Positions 27,230 to 40,730 of a stretch of 64,000 nt of DNA are shown here, in pieces (the first letter of the stretch is position 1; the number at the start of each line of letters is the position of its first letter). The notes under the pieces are model-generated. The model saw only the letters and a program-made list of their open reading frames with translations, was not told the DNA's origin and did no database searches. The position numbers and the translations under genes were made by a program. The DNA is from Octopus vulgaris (lineage: Eukaryota), in the NCBI GenBank assembly GCA_951406725.2, contig OX597822.1:71424001-71488000 (forward strand), given 5' to 3'.

Positions 27230-27514
27230 CATTGTTCAGGTCACTGCATGGAATAGAACTCAGAATCTTGGGATTAGTAGCCCACGTTCTTAACCACTAT
27301 GCCATATGCCCATGGGCATATGTACCTGTTTACATTACATAATGTTGCCATGCATTTGTTCTATCTGTGAAAGGTTTCATGTCAAGAGTTTGCTTATTAA
27401 AAACTATGATCCAACACCAATACTAATAACTAGACTAATCGGTGCGTAAGCTAGAAATAACAGCCAAATCCTCCTTAAAATTACGTTTTACAGTCTTGAA
27501 AATATAAGGACATA
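26605..27514. repeat. Diverged ~343-bp tandem duplication; second unit interrupted by an insertion
   Basis: 26611-26688 recurs at 26954-27031, and 26731-26948 recurs at 27320-27514. Confidence 0.88.
27032..27319 (-). mobile_element. tRNA-headed SINE-like element with hammerhead-core tail
   Basis: Minus strand: TGGCATAGTGG A-box, GAGTTCTATTCC B-box, (AAT)n, then CTGATGA-AGGCT..AGCC-GAAAC and an AATGTAAAT-type tail. Confidence 0.75.
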
Positions 27515-27959
27515 CAGGATAATGTAATACTCCATAGAAGGAAAGATGTCATGGGTGAAATGCCTTTGATCATAGTTCTGCTTAGTTAAGGTTAAGGTTG
27601 TCCCAGGGCTAAACAACAGCACACTTCTATTACAACAAATCACATCCTAAGTGCTCTGTGTTATCCCAAATGAAAATGGAAAGAAAATGTACTGTAATGT
27701 TCCATGCTTGTCATGCATGAATATTTCATATATCTTTCCTCTGTTTTTTTGCCCATACAAACAGTACACAACAACAACAACAACAACAACAATAATAAAA
27801 AAGAAAGCAACAACAACAGAAATAACATATACAAAGAACAACAGTAAGTGCAAGAACAATAAGATAAAAAGACAGTGGCCATCTACAAAACATTGTTTTG
27901 ATGATAACGTAGATAAGGAATTTGTATAGAGATGTTTCCTGATTCCTATTAAAGGATAG

Positions 27960-27963
27960 ATGT

Positions 27964-28005
<42 letters not shown>

Positions 28006-28905
28006 ACACACTCACACAGTCATTCACACACTCACACACAGATATATACACATACAGACATACAAACATACAAGCATACATACATACATACATACATACA
28101 TACATACATACATACACACATACACACACATATACATACATACAAACATCCATACATACACACACGAACACACTCATACACACACTCACACAGATGTATA
28201 CACATACAGACATACAAACATACATACATACGAGCATACATACATAAATACATACATAGACACATACATACAAGCATACAAACAAACATTAATACATCCA
28301 TCCATACATTCATACACCCATAGATACATTCAAACATCCATACATACACACACACACACAAACACACTCATACATACACTCACACACAGATATATATATA
28401 TACACACTGACATACAAACATACATACATAGACACATACACAGACATACAAACATACATACATACATAGACACATACATACATACAGGCATACAAACAAA
28501 CATACATATATAGACACATACATACGTACAAGTATACATACAAACATACATACATGCATACATACACACATGCACACATACACACACATACACATACATA
28601 CAAACATCCATACATACACACACACATGAACACAGTCATACACACACTCACACACAGATATATACACACATACATGCATACATACACACATGCACACACA
28701 CACATACACATACATACAAACGTCCATACATACACACACACACGAACACAGTCATACACACACTCACACACAGATATATACACACAAACATACAAACTTA
28801 CTTACATACACATACATACAAGCATACAAACAAACATCCATCCATCTATACATTCATACATCCATAGATACATACATACATACACACACATACATACATC
28901 CATAG

Positions 28906-28940
<35 letters not shown>

Positions 28941-29030
28941 AACATCCATACATACGCACATACACACATACACACACATACACACACATACATGCATGCA
29001 TACAAACATGTACATACCCAGGCACACACT
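27960..29030. repeat. (CA)/(CATA) compound satellite with higher-order units
   Basis: AAC(A/G)TCCATACATAC recurs near 28145, 28332, 28603, 28719 and 28941. Confidence 0.8.
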
Positions 29031-29345
29031 TAGCAATACCAATATACACATAACAGATAAAGTGCTTATTGTACACATTACACATACATAAAAAGTGTTT
29101 GTCACTCATACATATTTATATGCAAATACTTATATACAGGGAAGCATTTATACAAACCTTATATCTTTGTCTTTCGTTTCCTCTCTCCTTCTTTCTCTTT
29201 CACATGCTCCCTTCTTTTTCTGCGACCTCACACACACATGCACACACATGCACACACACAGACACACGCAGTATTGTGTATGTATGTATAGACACACATA
29301 CACCCACATAAACACACACATATATGTACACATAAATACACATAC

Positions 29346-29417
<72 letters not shown>

Positions 29418-29935
29418 ATATATATATACATGCATATATATATATGTATATATATATACACACATATATATATATACATGCCTATATATATATATATATA
29501 CACATACATACATACATACATACATACATACATACATACATACATACATACATACACACATATATATACATATATATATATATGAACACTCTCTGAAGAT
29601 CACACATACATACACAATACACACAAACGTGGGTGTATATGTGTATAGGTGTATACGTGTATCTTTTTATGTGTGTGTGTGAGAGAGAGAGAAGGAGAGA
29701 GAGAGAGAGAGAGTGTGTGTAATGTATCCCAACTATTTATATGCAAATAGGCTAATCTTATCTACTTGAGCAATATTTTCTCTGGCAGGAGACCACAGAC
29801 TGCAGATATATACAGTGAGGAAATCTCTGTGACAGATGTTCAGCTTCCCACAATTAAAATATTGGCACGGTGGCATGGAACTGATCGGAAACGATTCCTT
29901 GTTCTAGATGAATATACATACATACATACATATAC

Positions 29936-29967
<32 letters not shown>

Positions 29968-30193
29968 CTTATATATAAACATATGTATCTTATGCATTAT
30001 TTTTTAACCTCCTATTTCAGAAATATTGAGAAATGAAACATGAAGCTGATTACTTTGAAAGTCACGTAATTTATCTATCAGCCTTATTGATTGAGCTATT
30101 AAGTTGTTTGGCTATGTTTTTATCTTCCATCATAGTTCACCTCTTTTTGCTTCTCTATATTTATGTATTTTTCTTTGTATACATACATACATA

Positions 30194-30250
<57 letters not shown>

Positions 30251-30267
30251 GCATATATATATATATA

Positions 30268-30313
<46 letters not shown>

Positions 30314-30359
30314 TATATGTCTATACAAACAAGCACACAGACACATACATATACTGGGT

Positions 30360-30698
30360 TCTGCGCTGGTGGCATGTAAAAAGCACCATCTGATTGTGGT
30401 CGATGCCAGCTCCTCTGGCCCCTGTGCTGGTGGCATGTAAAAAGCACCCACTACATTATCGGAGTGGTTGGCATTAAGATGGGCATCCAGCTGTAGAAAC
30501 ATTGCTGGATCTGACTGGAGTCTGGTGCAGCCTCCTGGCTTTCCAGACTCCAGTTGAACCATCCAACCCATGCCAGCATGGAAAATGGATGTTCAATGAT
30601 GATGATGATGATATACATACACATATACATACATACATACATACATACATACATACATACATACATACATACATACATACCTACATACATACCTACAT

Positions 30699-30731
<33 letters not shown>

Positions 30732-31142
30732 CATACACACACATGTATATGTGTATAAATAAACACATACACATATAAATATTTATTATATATATATATA
30801 TACATATATACATACATATATGTATGTATGTATATATATATATATATATATATGTTTATTTGTACCCAGTCCACACTGTGAAGTGGTTGGCATTTGGAAG
30901 GGCATCAAGCTGTAAAAACCATGCCAAAACTGACCTTGTCTGTGCTTGTTCCACGTAAAAAGCACTAAGTCCACTCTGCAGGGTGGTTGGTGTCAGGAAA
31001 GGCATCCAGCCATAAAATCCCTACCAAAGCAAACACAGAAGTCTGATGCATGTCCCTGCCTGGCCAGCTCCTATCAAAACGTCCCACCCATGCCAGTATG
31101 GAATGAAGACATTAAACGACGACGACGATGATGATGATGATG
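30360..31142 (+). mobile_element. Two SINE family 3 copies (30360-30610 and 30860-31142) separated by microsatellite
   Basis: GGGCATCCAGC cores and (ATG)n tails. Confidence 0.75.
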
Positions 31143-31156
31143 ATGATATTTATATA

Positions 31157-31571
31157 ATAATAATGTTCGTCCTTCGGTTCGAAGATGACCAAATGACATC
31201 ATCTGATGGAACTGCCGCCATGTGACCTGAGGTGGCTGGTGAGGCCAATCCGGGCAAGGAAGCCCCTCCCACAGGTGGGGCAGAAGTGGGTAGGGGCCGT
31301 GCTACTGGTGCAGGCGGCTCTGGCTTTACGCATCTGACGTTTCTGCTCCGCTGACCGAATCCGTCCCTCCTCGGCTGTCCCTGCTCCCACGGTGATTGCG
31401 CTGTGCCAGGATGAGCGGTTGGCAGCAAGTGTCTCCCAGGTCTCTGTTCCGATGGAGAAGTCTTTGAGAGAGACCTTCTACGGTGAACTCGGCCAGGGCA
31501 GGCGCAAAGTCGGAGGGCAGAAGAAGCGCTACAAGGATAGTCTCAAGGTCTCTCTCAAAGGTCTCTCTCAA
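31157..31571 (-). mobile_element. 5'-truncated, 5'-inverted RTE-clade LINE insertion with 14-bp TSD
   Basis: Minus strand KVSLKDFSIGTETWETLAANRSSWH...CPTCGRGFLARIGLTSHLRSH; plus strand FYGELGQGRRKVGGQKKRYKDSLKVSLK; ATGATATTTATATA at 31143-31156 and 31572-31585. Confidence 0.9.
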
Positions 31572-31885
31572 ATGATATTTATATATTGTGCATAAGTTAA
31601 CATGAAATTTAAATGTATTAAAAAAATGAATATGTATGAACATGCAGATACACACACATACACACACTGACATGTAGACATATAGACACATAAATGGTTG
31701 ACTAAGCTGTCAGGCAAAACTCATAATGTCAGTCAGCATGAACATTACAATGAGTGAATTTGACTCTACTCTTAGTATTGAGTGATTTCCACCCATCAGT
31801 AAAAGTTCTTTGGTTTTATCCTCACTATAAAATGTGTACATGTCAGCATGTAGTCTACATGCAAAAAAAATAAATAAGCATAACA

Positions 31886-32050
31886 GGTGTAGGAGTGGCT
31901 GTGTGGTAAGTAGCTTGCTTGCAAACCACATGGTTCCGGGTTCAGTCCCACTGTGTGGCACCTTGAGAAAGTGTCTTCTGCTATAGCCTCAGGCTGACCA
32001 ACACCTTGTGAGTGGATTTGGTAGACGGAAACTGAAAAAAGTTTGTCGTA
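31886..32050 (+). mobile_element. SINE family 1, 5' half
   Basis: Head and core motifs. Confidence 0.85.
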
Positions 32051-32199
32051 TATCATCATCATCATCTGTTTTGGCTTACACTTTGCAGGTTTAGCTGGTT
32101 CCCTCCAATTTACCTCCTTCTTCACAGGAGAATTCTAGGATGTTTTTACAAGAGAAAACCCAGTGCTATCAAGTCACATGTTCTCATTGGTAATGGCAA

Positions 32200-32278
<79 letters not shown>

Positions 32279-32516
32279 TGTGACAGGTTTCCACACATTT
32301 TATGTCTACCAAATTCACTCACAAGGTATTGGTCAACCTGAGGCTATAGTACTAACCCAGTGGAAGTACTATAGGCTATCATACTAACCCAGGAAAGTAC
32401 TAACCTAGTGGAAATTGACCTGAAATCACATGACTGCAAAGCAAGCTTCCTAAACAAACAGGTTATCTAATCTATGTTTCAATTGTCCCATCAATATTTT
32501 ACTTGCTACTAGCATA

Positions 32517-32730
32517 AACCTCCCTCGACTATCGCAGGTGTTACGTTCCAAAATAGGTGAAAATCAACAAAGTAAAAACAGTACTGTACTGTGTATTTTT
32601 TTAAATTATTTTTATAATTTGTATACATTTATTTTATTATAAATGCAAAACAACACCATGGAGGAATTCATGTAACCTTGAATAATAAACCGCAATAGGT
32701 GGACCATGATATGGTGCAGAATTACTGTAT
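32517..32730. mobile_element. pogo/Tigger-like MITE
   Basis: CCCTCGACTATCGCAGG at the left end and ACCATGATATGGTGCAGAATTACTG|TA at the right end. Confidence 0.55.
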
Positions 32731-33104
32731 ATGACTGATCAGTTTTATGCTATAAATATCTTTTATCTGTTTCAGTCATTGCACTGTGGCCATGCTGGTG
32801 CACCACCTTGAAGGTTTTAGTTGGACAAATCAACATCAGAACTTAGTTTTTAAACCTAGTACTTATTCCATCAGTCTTTTACACCAAACTGCTAGGTTAT
32901 GGGGGATGTGAACAAACCAACACCATTTTCCAGGCAGTGATGGAGGACAAGTACAAAGACACACAGACACACACACACACATCTAGTTTACTGTTTCATT
33001 GAAGGTAGGATCCATTAAAAATGTATTCTGTCCAGTGAGAGATGAATATTATTTAATATAGACAGAATTTTAAAAAAAGAGCTACCGAAAGTTTCATGCT
33101 GTAA

Positions 33105-33603
33105 TCATCATCATTGTTTAATGTCCGCATGGGTGGGATGGTTTCATAAGAGCTGGCCAGGTAGAAGCCTGCATCAGACTTGTGTGACTGTTTTGGCAGC
33201 ATTTTTACAGCTGGATGCCCTTCCTAACACCAACCAGTCAGCAGAGTGGTCTTAGTGCTTTTTATGTGACACAAGCACAGGCGAGGTCAGGCTGTAACTG
33301 TTGTCTTGCAAGTACTTGGTGACCCTGTCAGGGCAGGTGCCACTTGAAAGTATCCAGTCTACCCTGTAAAGTGGTTGGTGTTAGGAAGGGCATCCAGCTG
33401 TAAAAACCTTGCCAAAACTGACCTCGCCTGTGCTTGTGTCATGTAGAAAGCTGAGTGGTTGGTGTTAGGAAGGGCATCAAGCTGTAAAAACCCTGCCAAA
33501 ACAGTCACAGAAATCTGGTACAGGCTTCTGCCTGGCTAACGCTTGTGAAACCGTTCCACCCATGCTAGCATGGAAGGCAGACATTAAAAGATGATGATGA
33601 TGA
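33105..33603. mobile_element. Inverted pair of SINE family 3 copies
   Basis: Minus copy 33105-33290 and plus copy 33320-33603. Confidence 0.8.
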
Positions 33604-33818
33604 TTGGCAGAATCATTAGCGCACCGGGCGAAATGCTTAGTCTGCTGCTACGTTCTGAGTCCAAATTCCGCCGAGGTCAACTTTGCCTTTCATCCTTTCA
33701 GGGTCGATTAAATAAGTACCAGTTACGCACTGGGGTCGATATAATCGACTTAATCCGTTTGTCTGTCCTTGTTTGTCCACTCTGTGTGTAGCCTCTTGTG
33801 GGCAGTAAAGAAATAGGT
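33604..33818 (+). mobile_element. SINE family 2 (Meta-like)
   Basis: GCCTTTCATCCTTTCAGGGTCGATTAAATAAGTACCAG. Confidence 0.85.
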
Positions 33819-34296
33819 ATATACATATGACAGACTTCTTTCAGTTTCTGTCTACCAAATTCACTTACGAGGGGTCAGCCTAGGGATAAAGCACAAAACA
33901 CTTTGAACAAGATGCCATGTTTTGAAACTGAACCTAGAACCATGTTGTTAAGAAACCAACTTCTTACCACACAACCACACTTGAACCTAGTGACAGAAAT
34001 AATACAATAACAACCATAAATTTTTAATTACAGCTACAAAGCGGTAGACAGTATAATTAGTATGTTTTGATAATGTTTGCAAAAGGTCTTTAATTGGAAC
34101 AATGGAAGAAGTGATCTTGGCAATTATTATGCTTCCATGGTGGATTACAATAGATATTTGGTTGGGAAGGGAGGGAAAGGTGGTAACCTTTATAATTTTG
34201 TTAAATAATAAAGATAGCACCTTTAATTAGAGATGAATATTGCAATTACCTTGGCATAACATATTTTTAACAGGTCACATTGTATATAATCAATCT

Positions 34297-34439
34297 AGTA
34301 GTAGTAGTAGTAGTAATAGTAGTAGTGGTTGCAGTGGCAGTGGTGACGATAGTAATAGTAGTTGTTTAGTGATGGTGATGGTGCTGGTGTTGGTGTTCTT
34401 GGTGATGTTGGCAGTGGTGTGGTTGTAATAAAGGTGGTG

Positions 34440-34506
<67 letters not shown>

Positions 34507-34720
34507 CAGCAGCAGCGGTGATTATAGTAATAGTAGTTGTTTGGTGGTGGTGGTGGTGTTCATGGTGATGTTGGTGGTGGTCATGGTGTGGTTGTAGTAA
34601 TGGTGGTGGAAGTAGTAGTAGTGGCAGCACCAGCAGCAGCAGTTGCAGTGGCACCAGTGACGATAGTAATAGTAGTTATTTAGTAGTGGTAGTGGTGGTG
34701 TGGTTGTGGTAATGGTGGTG

Positions 34721-34798
<78 letters not shown>

Positions 34799-34962
34799 AT
34801 AGTAGTAGTAGTAACAGCAACAACAGCGGTGACGATAGTAATAGTAGTTGTTTAGTAGTGGTGGTCATGTTGGTGATAGTAGTGGTGGTGAAGGTGTTCA
34901 TGGTGATGTTGGTGGTGGTGGTAACGGTAGTGGAAGTATTAGTAGTAGTAGTAGTAGTAGTT
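34297..34962. repeat. (TAG)n/(GGT)n compound tract with an internal ~250-bp duplication
   Basis: GTGACGATAGTAATAGTAGTT occurs three times; the blocks around 34430 and 34710 are parallel. Confidence 0.8.
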
Positions 34963-35279
34963 GCTTTTGATGCTGTACAATGTCAGTAGAAAATGCCTTG
35001 TTCTCAGTCGAAGTGTGATTTATATAAAAAAAATGCTGATCTGGTAACTGAACTGCAGTGTATAAAGCTTTCTAATGTTCAAACCTGGTTCTAGTATCTA
35101 GAGTTAATCCGAACCGCAGTTATCATCATGAAGTTAAAGACAGGGACATTTTCCAAAACTACTTCTGTCTAAGATTCTATTTTATATGATCTTTATATAC
35201 TAATATAACATTATTAGTCAAATATTCTTCAACATTGATATCACAATCAATGCATTTATACTGCATTAACTCTTAGATT

Positions 35280-35712
35280 TACTCTTTTACTAGTTTCAGT
35301 CATTTGACTGCGGCCATGCTGGAGCACTGCCTTTAGTCGAGCAAATCGACAGCAGGACTTATTCTTTGTAAGCCTAGTACTTATTCTATCGGTCTCTTTT
35401 GCCGAACTGCTAAGTCACGAGGATGTAAACACACCAGCATCAGTTGTCAAGCAATTTTTGGGGGGACAAACACAGACACACAAACACACACACATATATA
35501 TATACATATATACATATATACGACGGGCTTCTTTTAGTTTCTGTCTACCAAATCCACTCACAAGGCTTTGGTCGGCCCGAGGCTATAGTAGAAGACACTT
35601 ACCCAAGGTGCCACATAATGGGACTGAACCTGGAACCATGTGGTTTATAAGCAAGCTAGTTACCACACAGCACCAATATCCTGCACCTATAGCCACACAG
35701 CCACTCCTGTGC
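35280..35712 (-). mobile_element. SINE family 1, full length
   Basis: Reverse complement of 12953-13341. Confidence 0.9.
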
Positions 35713-35779
35713 CTATACAATAAATATACACCCATGATAAAAGCGTACTGTGTGTGTGTAATGCTCGAGTGAGGGCCAA

Positions 35780-36320
35780 TGGACATGCTTATGAAACTGA
35801 GACATGTGACTGCTAGACACAGAAGCATTTCTGAATCAGATGATGTCATTGTAAATGAAATTAAAATATTACCAGCAAAAAGAATTTGTACAAGTTATTC
35901 TCAGAAATATGACTCATCGTGCCTTCAATTTGGTTTTGTTAACACAACTGGTGTGGTAATGACCAAACCACAGAATTTGATTTGGGGAGATGGTTTGAGT
36001 AGGATCTCAATGAAACAGCCAGTTCTCAAGTATCACTGACTATATGATGTAAATGAAGTTACTTTAAAGCTGAAAAAGTCTTTTGAAAGAAAGTATGTTG
36101 AATTAAAAGGCCACCAGAAGCTGCCTTTTGAAGAGTCACAACATAAATATTTGTTCTTTTCAAGCTTATAATGTAGCCTTTTAATTTACAAAGGTTAACA
36201 AGTAATACACAATTAGTAAGTTGCTACTATTAATAGCTGTATTAATGAGGCTTAATTGAGATGAGCAGGTGGTGTAAGTGAATCTTTCAGATGAGACTGT
36301 TGGTGAATGAATTCACAAGA
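35780..36320 (+). mobile_element. Decayed hAT (Buster/Charlie-type) transposase N-terminus
   Basis: QKYDSSCLQFGF...KPQNLIWGDGLSRISMKQPVLKYH resembles the RKYD.YL.FGF...PQCV.C..LS..SMKP..LKRH BED region. Confidence 0.7.
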
Positions 36321-36569
36321 TCAAATCACACTGGTGCAGCTGGACTGCGTGCCACTCAGCGCACTCCTTGAGTTTTCCACCCATACTCAGGCCCTTGACT
36401 CTATACAGGCTTATACAGAAGATCCAAAAGTACCTCCTCCATAAAAACATTACCTGGAGTGGACCAGCTCCCTCATTACACCTAGCTATGCCACTGCCAA
36501 CTTATGGAGCAGATTGAAGTAACAAAGTACTTTTCTTTACAGCTTAATGAAACATATAGATATTGTCTT

Positions 36570-36712
36570 CATTATGTACATTATTTACATTATTTACATT
36601 TGATGGATATTTGTCCTCATCTTTTTTTTTATTAACACAGCGTTTTGGCTGATATACCCTCCAGCCTTCATCAGGTGTCTTGGGGAAATGTCGAACCTGG
36701 GTTTTCATTCTT
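36570..36712 (-). mobile_element. 5'-truncated second copy of the hammerhead-tailed element
   Basis: Aligns with 27040-27165; CTGATGA-AGGCTG..CAGCC-AAAAC; (AATGTAAAT)n tail. Confidence 0.8.
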
Positions 36713-37034
36713 GGACAGAAAGAAGGCTGAAAGCTACCTGTGAGACTTGTGGTAACAGAAGATGCAGGAGTCGAGTCCTTGAGGGAGTATTCAAATTTCT
36801 TTTTTTCTACATCCAAGGGGCTTTTAAACCAGAATATTAAACTAGAATATTGCAAGCTATTATTCTATAGTTGTATTTGCTTCAAGATATACCATTAAAT
36901 GACTTATTTACATATATATCTTGATGCTTCTACTACATTCTTATCCTAAATAAATAGATAAATATATTATATCATATATGTGTGTGTGCTCATGTGAGTA
37001 TGTGTATAAATATATATGTAAATATATGTGTGTG

Positions 37035-37122
<88 letters not shown>

Positions 37123-37199
37123 TGTATGTGTGTGTATGTATGTATGTATATGATTTTCTTGGATATGTTTACATTGGGTTTAAGTATTTTCTGAATAAG

Positions 37200-38700
37200 A
37201 GCTATTGAGATATTTTAGAAAATGGTGGAATCATTGATAGAGCTTCAAGCTAAATTACATAAAAAAATATTGTGAAATTTCTGCAAAATGTTCTGTTGTA
37301 CAAAAATTTGGCAACACAGAACCTTGCATTGAGTAGTGACCAGAGACTCCTATATAGACAAGAAAGTAGTCGTGAAAGTTTTATGAGGTTACTAAAATTC
37401 TTGGCTAAGTTTAATTTTCTTATAGAAGCTCAACTCAGTAATGTGGTAAAGAACCCAGGAAGAATATTACAGTTCTTTCCATTGCTCTTAAGTGAATATA
37501 TTCAGCTGATGGCTGCTATTGTTCATGTAAATTGCTATATAGCATTTGTCCATGAGGTAAAATATATTGGTCACAAGATCAAGTGTTTCATGAGCAAGTG
37601 GTAGGAATAGCTTGTTGTACTGGTATTGATTTTAAAGTGACAACAATTTTCATAACAAGAGTCCTTTTTTATATTTACTCAATTAAAACAACAACAACAA
37701 TAAAATGCATAGAACATGATAGAAGTAAATTTAGATCAGCTTAAGAAACATGAAATGCTATGACAGACAATATTGCAGTTATGATTGCTGATTATAAAAA
37801 TGGTATTCAACAAAAGAATAATGTAAAAACGATGCAAAGTTATTTTTGTAAACGGCAATAATCATCCTCCCATTTTGGTTGGAATGTGCATTGCTAAGTG
37901 TGATGTATTTATGGTAAAATTTTCGAAACAGTTCAGTTGCTGAATTTATTCTTTTCTTACTGAACACTCCACTGGCAAAAGTTTTAAGATACCTTATCAA
38001 TAGTTGATAAATATAAACCTGAAATATAATAGAGTTTCTGAATGGAGATTCTGAAGCTAGTTTGTGTAAACTTTGATAACACAGTGGAACTTCTGAAAAA
38101 GCATGGCTGGTTATCAGAATCAAACTCTTAATACATGAATTAATAAGATAGGTGTTCAGTCAAATTTTAACTTTTAATTTGTTTGGTTTTATGTGGATTT
38201 GGGGATAAAATTCTTTTCCAATAAACTGTGTTCAAAAGCAACTAGAAATCATAACAAACTTTCATAATGCTGCTTTGTGATTTAAAAGCCCTCATCTTTA
38301 TTTCTTAGCTGTTTAAGATTAGTCGCACATGATCACTTCAAGTTGAACTGAAAGTGTGTGATGGCTATGATATCTGAGTCATTATTATCCGCATGTTTTT
38401 GTTGGCTCTCCTTCTCATGAGATAATATGACTGCAGGAAGGGAGTGTCAAACAGGATATGGAAAGTGATTGAATGACTGTAGAAGTAAAATGAAACTACA
38501 GAGACTTTCTAGATAATGATAGACATAACTAGTTCTCCAAAGAAGAGAAAAGAACTTTTCACCAACTTCCAGATCTAAACTTTAAACCATTGGCATTTTA
38601 TCAATTCGAGACATAAGTGTTGGATGGCAATCAAATAAAACAGAATGTATAGCAGATTCGAAACTGAACTGCTGGAACAGACAAGTAAAAGTCACAGCTT
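37200..38700 (+). mobile_element. Highly decayed hAT (Tip100/ZMYM1-like) transposase
   Basis: LATQNLAL...SFMRLLKFLAKFN...EYIQLMA; downstream CYD..N, GIQQ and FVN.NNH remnants. Confidence 0.6.
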
Positions 38701-38778
38701 AGCTGTAGTCATTTCATGTGATTGGCTGAGTAACTGACCAACCAGCAATGAACCATCATGTGATTTGACTTACTAGAA

Positions 38779-38952
38779 CAGTGTTCCACAACCAGTATGC
38801 CATGGCACACCAGTGTGCCATGAGATGATGGTAGATGTGTCGCCATGTAACCTGAATGTAAGTTTTTCCTTTATACTTTTAGTTCAGGTGTGCCACAAAA
38901 TTCCGAAAAGAATATAAGTGTAGTGCAAGTGAAAAATGTTTGTGGAGGACTG
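38779..38952. mobile_element. hAT MITE (Buster-like)
   Basis: CAGTGTTCCACAA...TGTGGAGGACTG; flanks TACTAGAA / TTCTAGAA (7 of 8 match, central TA). Confidence 0.75.
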
Positions 38953-40181
38953 TTCTAGAACCTTTTAATGAGGCTTATAAAATGATGAATTTTTGGCACT
39001 AAACTTCAGAATGTTGGAGACTGTTTTCATTCACCAGCAGGAGCAGAGGCAATATGCCAAACAGTCATTTTAACAACTTCATACTCATATTTTTCTTCTC
39101 CATCCAAGCAAATTAGAAGCTACCGATCTGCCATCATCAATTTAGCATATTTTCTCCAGTCATGACAATATAGTCACAGGGCTATATGAACCAGCCATTT
39201 TGTTTTAACTACAGAGTTTGCCTCTCTCAATGTGAATGAATTGTCATTTGTATTCTTCATTCAAAGACCAGCATGGAAAATTCTATGTTCAACAAAATAA
39301 TTATTCTGCTAATTGCTTACAAAGTGTTCTTCATCATTCATACACAGCCAATAACCCAACACAACCACTAGAAAAACATTGGCACACCTCGTAACAAACT
39401 GACCGAGTGTTCTAAGATTTGTTTGCTTCATATTTCTATTGAGTTGTCAGAGAATATTGTCAAGCTAAAACCTTGAAAATAAAGCCTTGCTTCTTAAAGA
39501 CTCATGCTCGAGGTCACCTACATACTTAGGATAACCTGACAGATAAATATTCAAATAGCTTTTCTGTCTCCAGACACATCTAGCTCGATTTAATTTATAG
39601 ATCTGGAGGTTATTGAATGTAGCACACTGCTGAAGAGGATATAAATGTGTCTTTAAGCAACTGATTAAGTTCATACCAAACCTACTGTCAAAGAATTCTA
39701 GTATGGTTACCATATCATGAATGTTATTGAGAATATAACAGCAGCCTGACAAAAACTAAAAGCAATACAATGATTTTTGACTGAAGTAAAATCTACCCAA
39801 ACTGAATTTGTAGAATTCGTGGGATTTTGAAGAACCAATTTAAAATGTTTGTTGGAAAATTGTTGAATGGCAGACAAGGTTTGATTTAATGAAATAAACG
39901 AAGGTGTTGTGGAGTTGCTTCATTCAATTGGTGCACCTTTTACCGTTTATCTGTTCTGTCTTTTACTTGTTTCAGTCGTTAAGATGCAGTCATACTGGAG
40001 CACCACCTTCAAGGATTTAGCTGGAAAAATTCTATCCCTGTACATATTTTTAAGTCGTGTATATATTCTATTGGTCTCTTTTGCCAAGGCACTAAGTTAC
40101 TGGGAAATAAGAAAACCAACACTGATTGTCAAATGGCAGGGGGAATAAATATGGATACAGAACCATACTCACACACTTGCA

Positions 40182-40233
<52 letters not shown>

Positions 40234-40354
40234 GTCGAACAATGAGAATGAGTGCGCAACACCATGTTGGTGCATGAAATTTCTTTACTTGTGTATTAAG
40301 GCTACCATTGGTTTCATGTTAAGAAAACTATCTCAATATCTTAACAATTTGTCA

Positions 40355-40534
40355 AGCAAACCGACCCCAGGACTTATTCTTTGTGAGCCTAGTACTTATT
40401 CTATTGGCCTCTTTTGCTGAACCACTAAGTTGCGGTGATGTAAACACACCCGCATTGGTTGTCAAGTGATGTTGGGGGGGACAAACACAGACACAGACAC
40501 ACATACATACACGCACATACATACATACATACAT

Positions 40535-40631
<97 letters not shown>

Positions 40632-40730
40632 CGACGGGCTTCTTTCAGTTTCCGTCTACCAAATCCACAAACAAAGCTTTGGTTGGCCAGAGGCTATAGT
40701 AGAATACACTTGTCGAAGGTGCCATGCTGT
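40355..40730 (-). mobile_element. SINE family 1 fragment with expanded internal (CA)n
   Basis: Core and tail motifs. Confidence 0.85.

Noticed and set aside
39000-39900. Non-repetitive stretch with short minus-strand ORF 39465-39752
   Set aside because: No recognisable motif and frequent stops; probably an old element but unclassifiable
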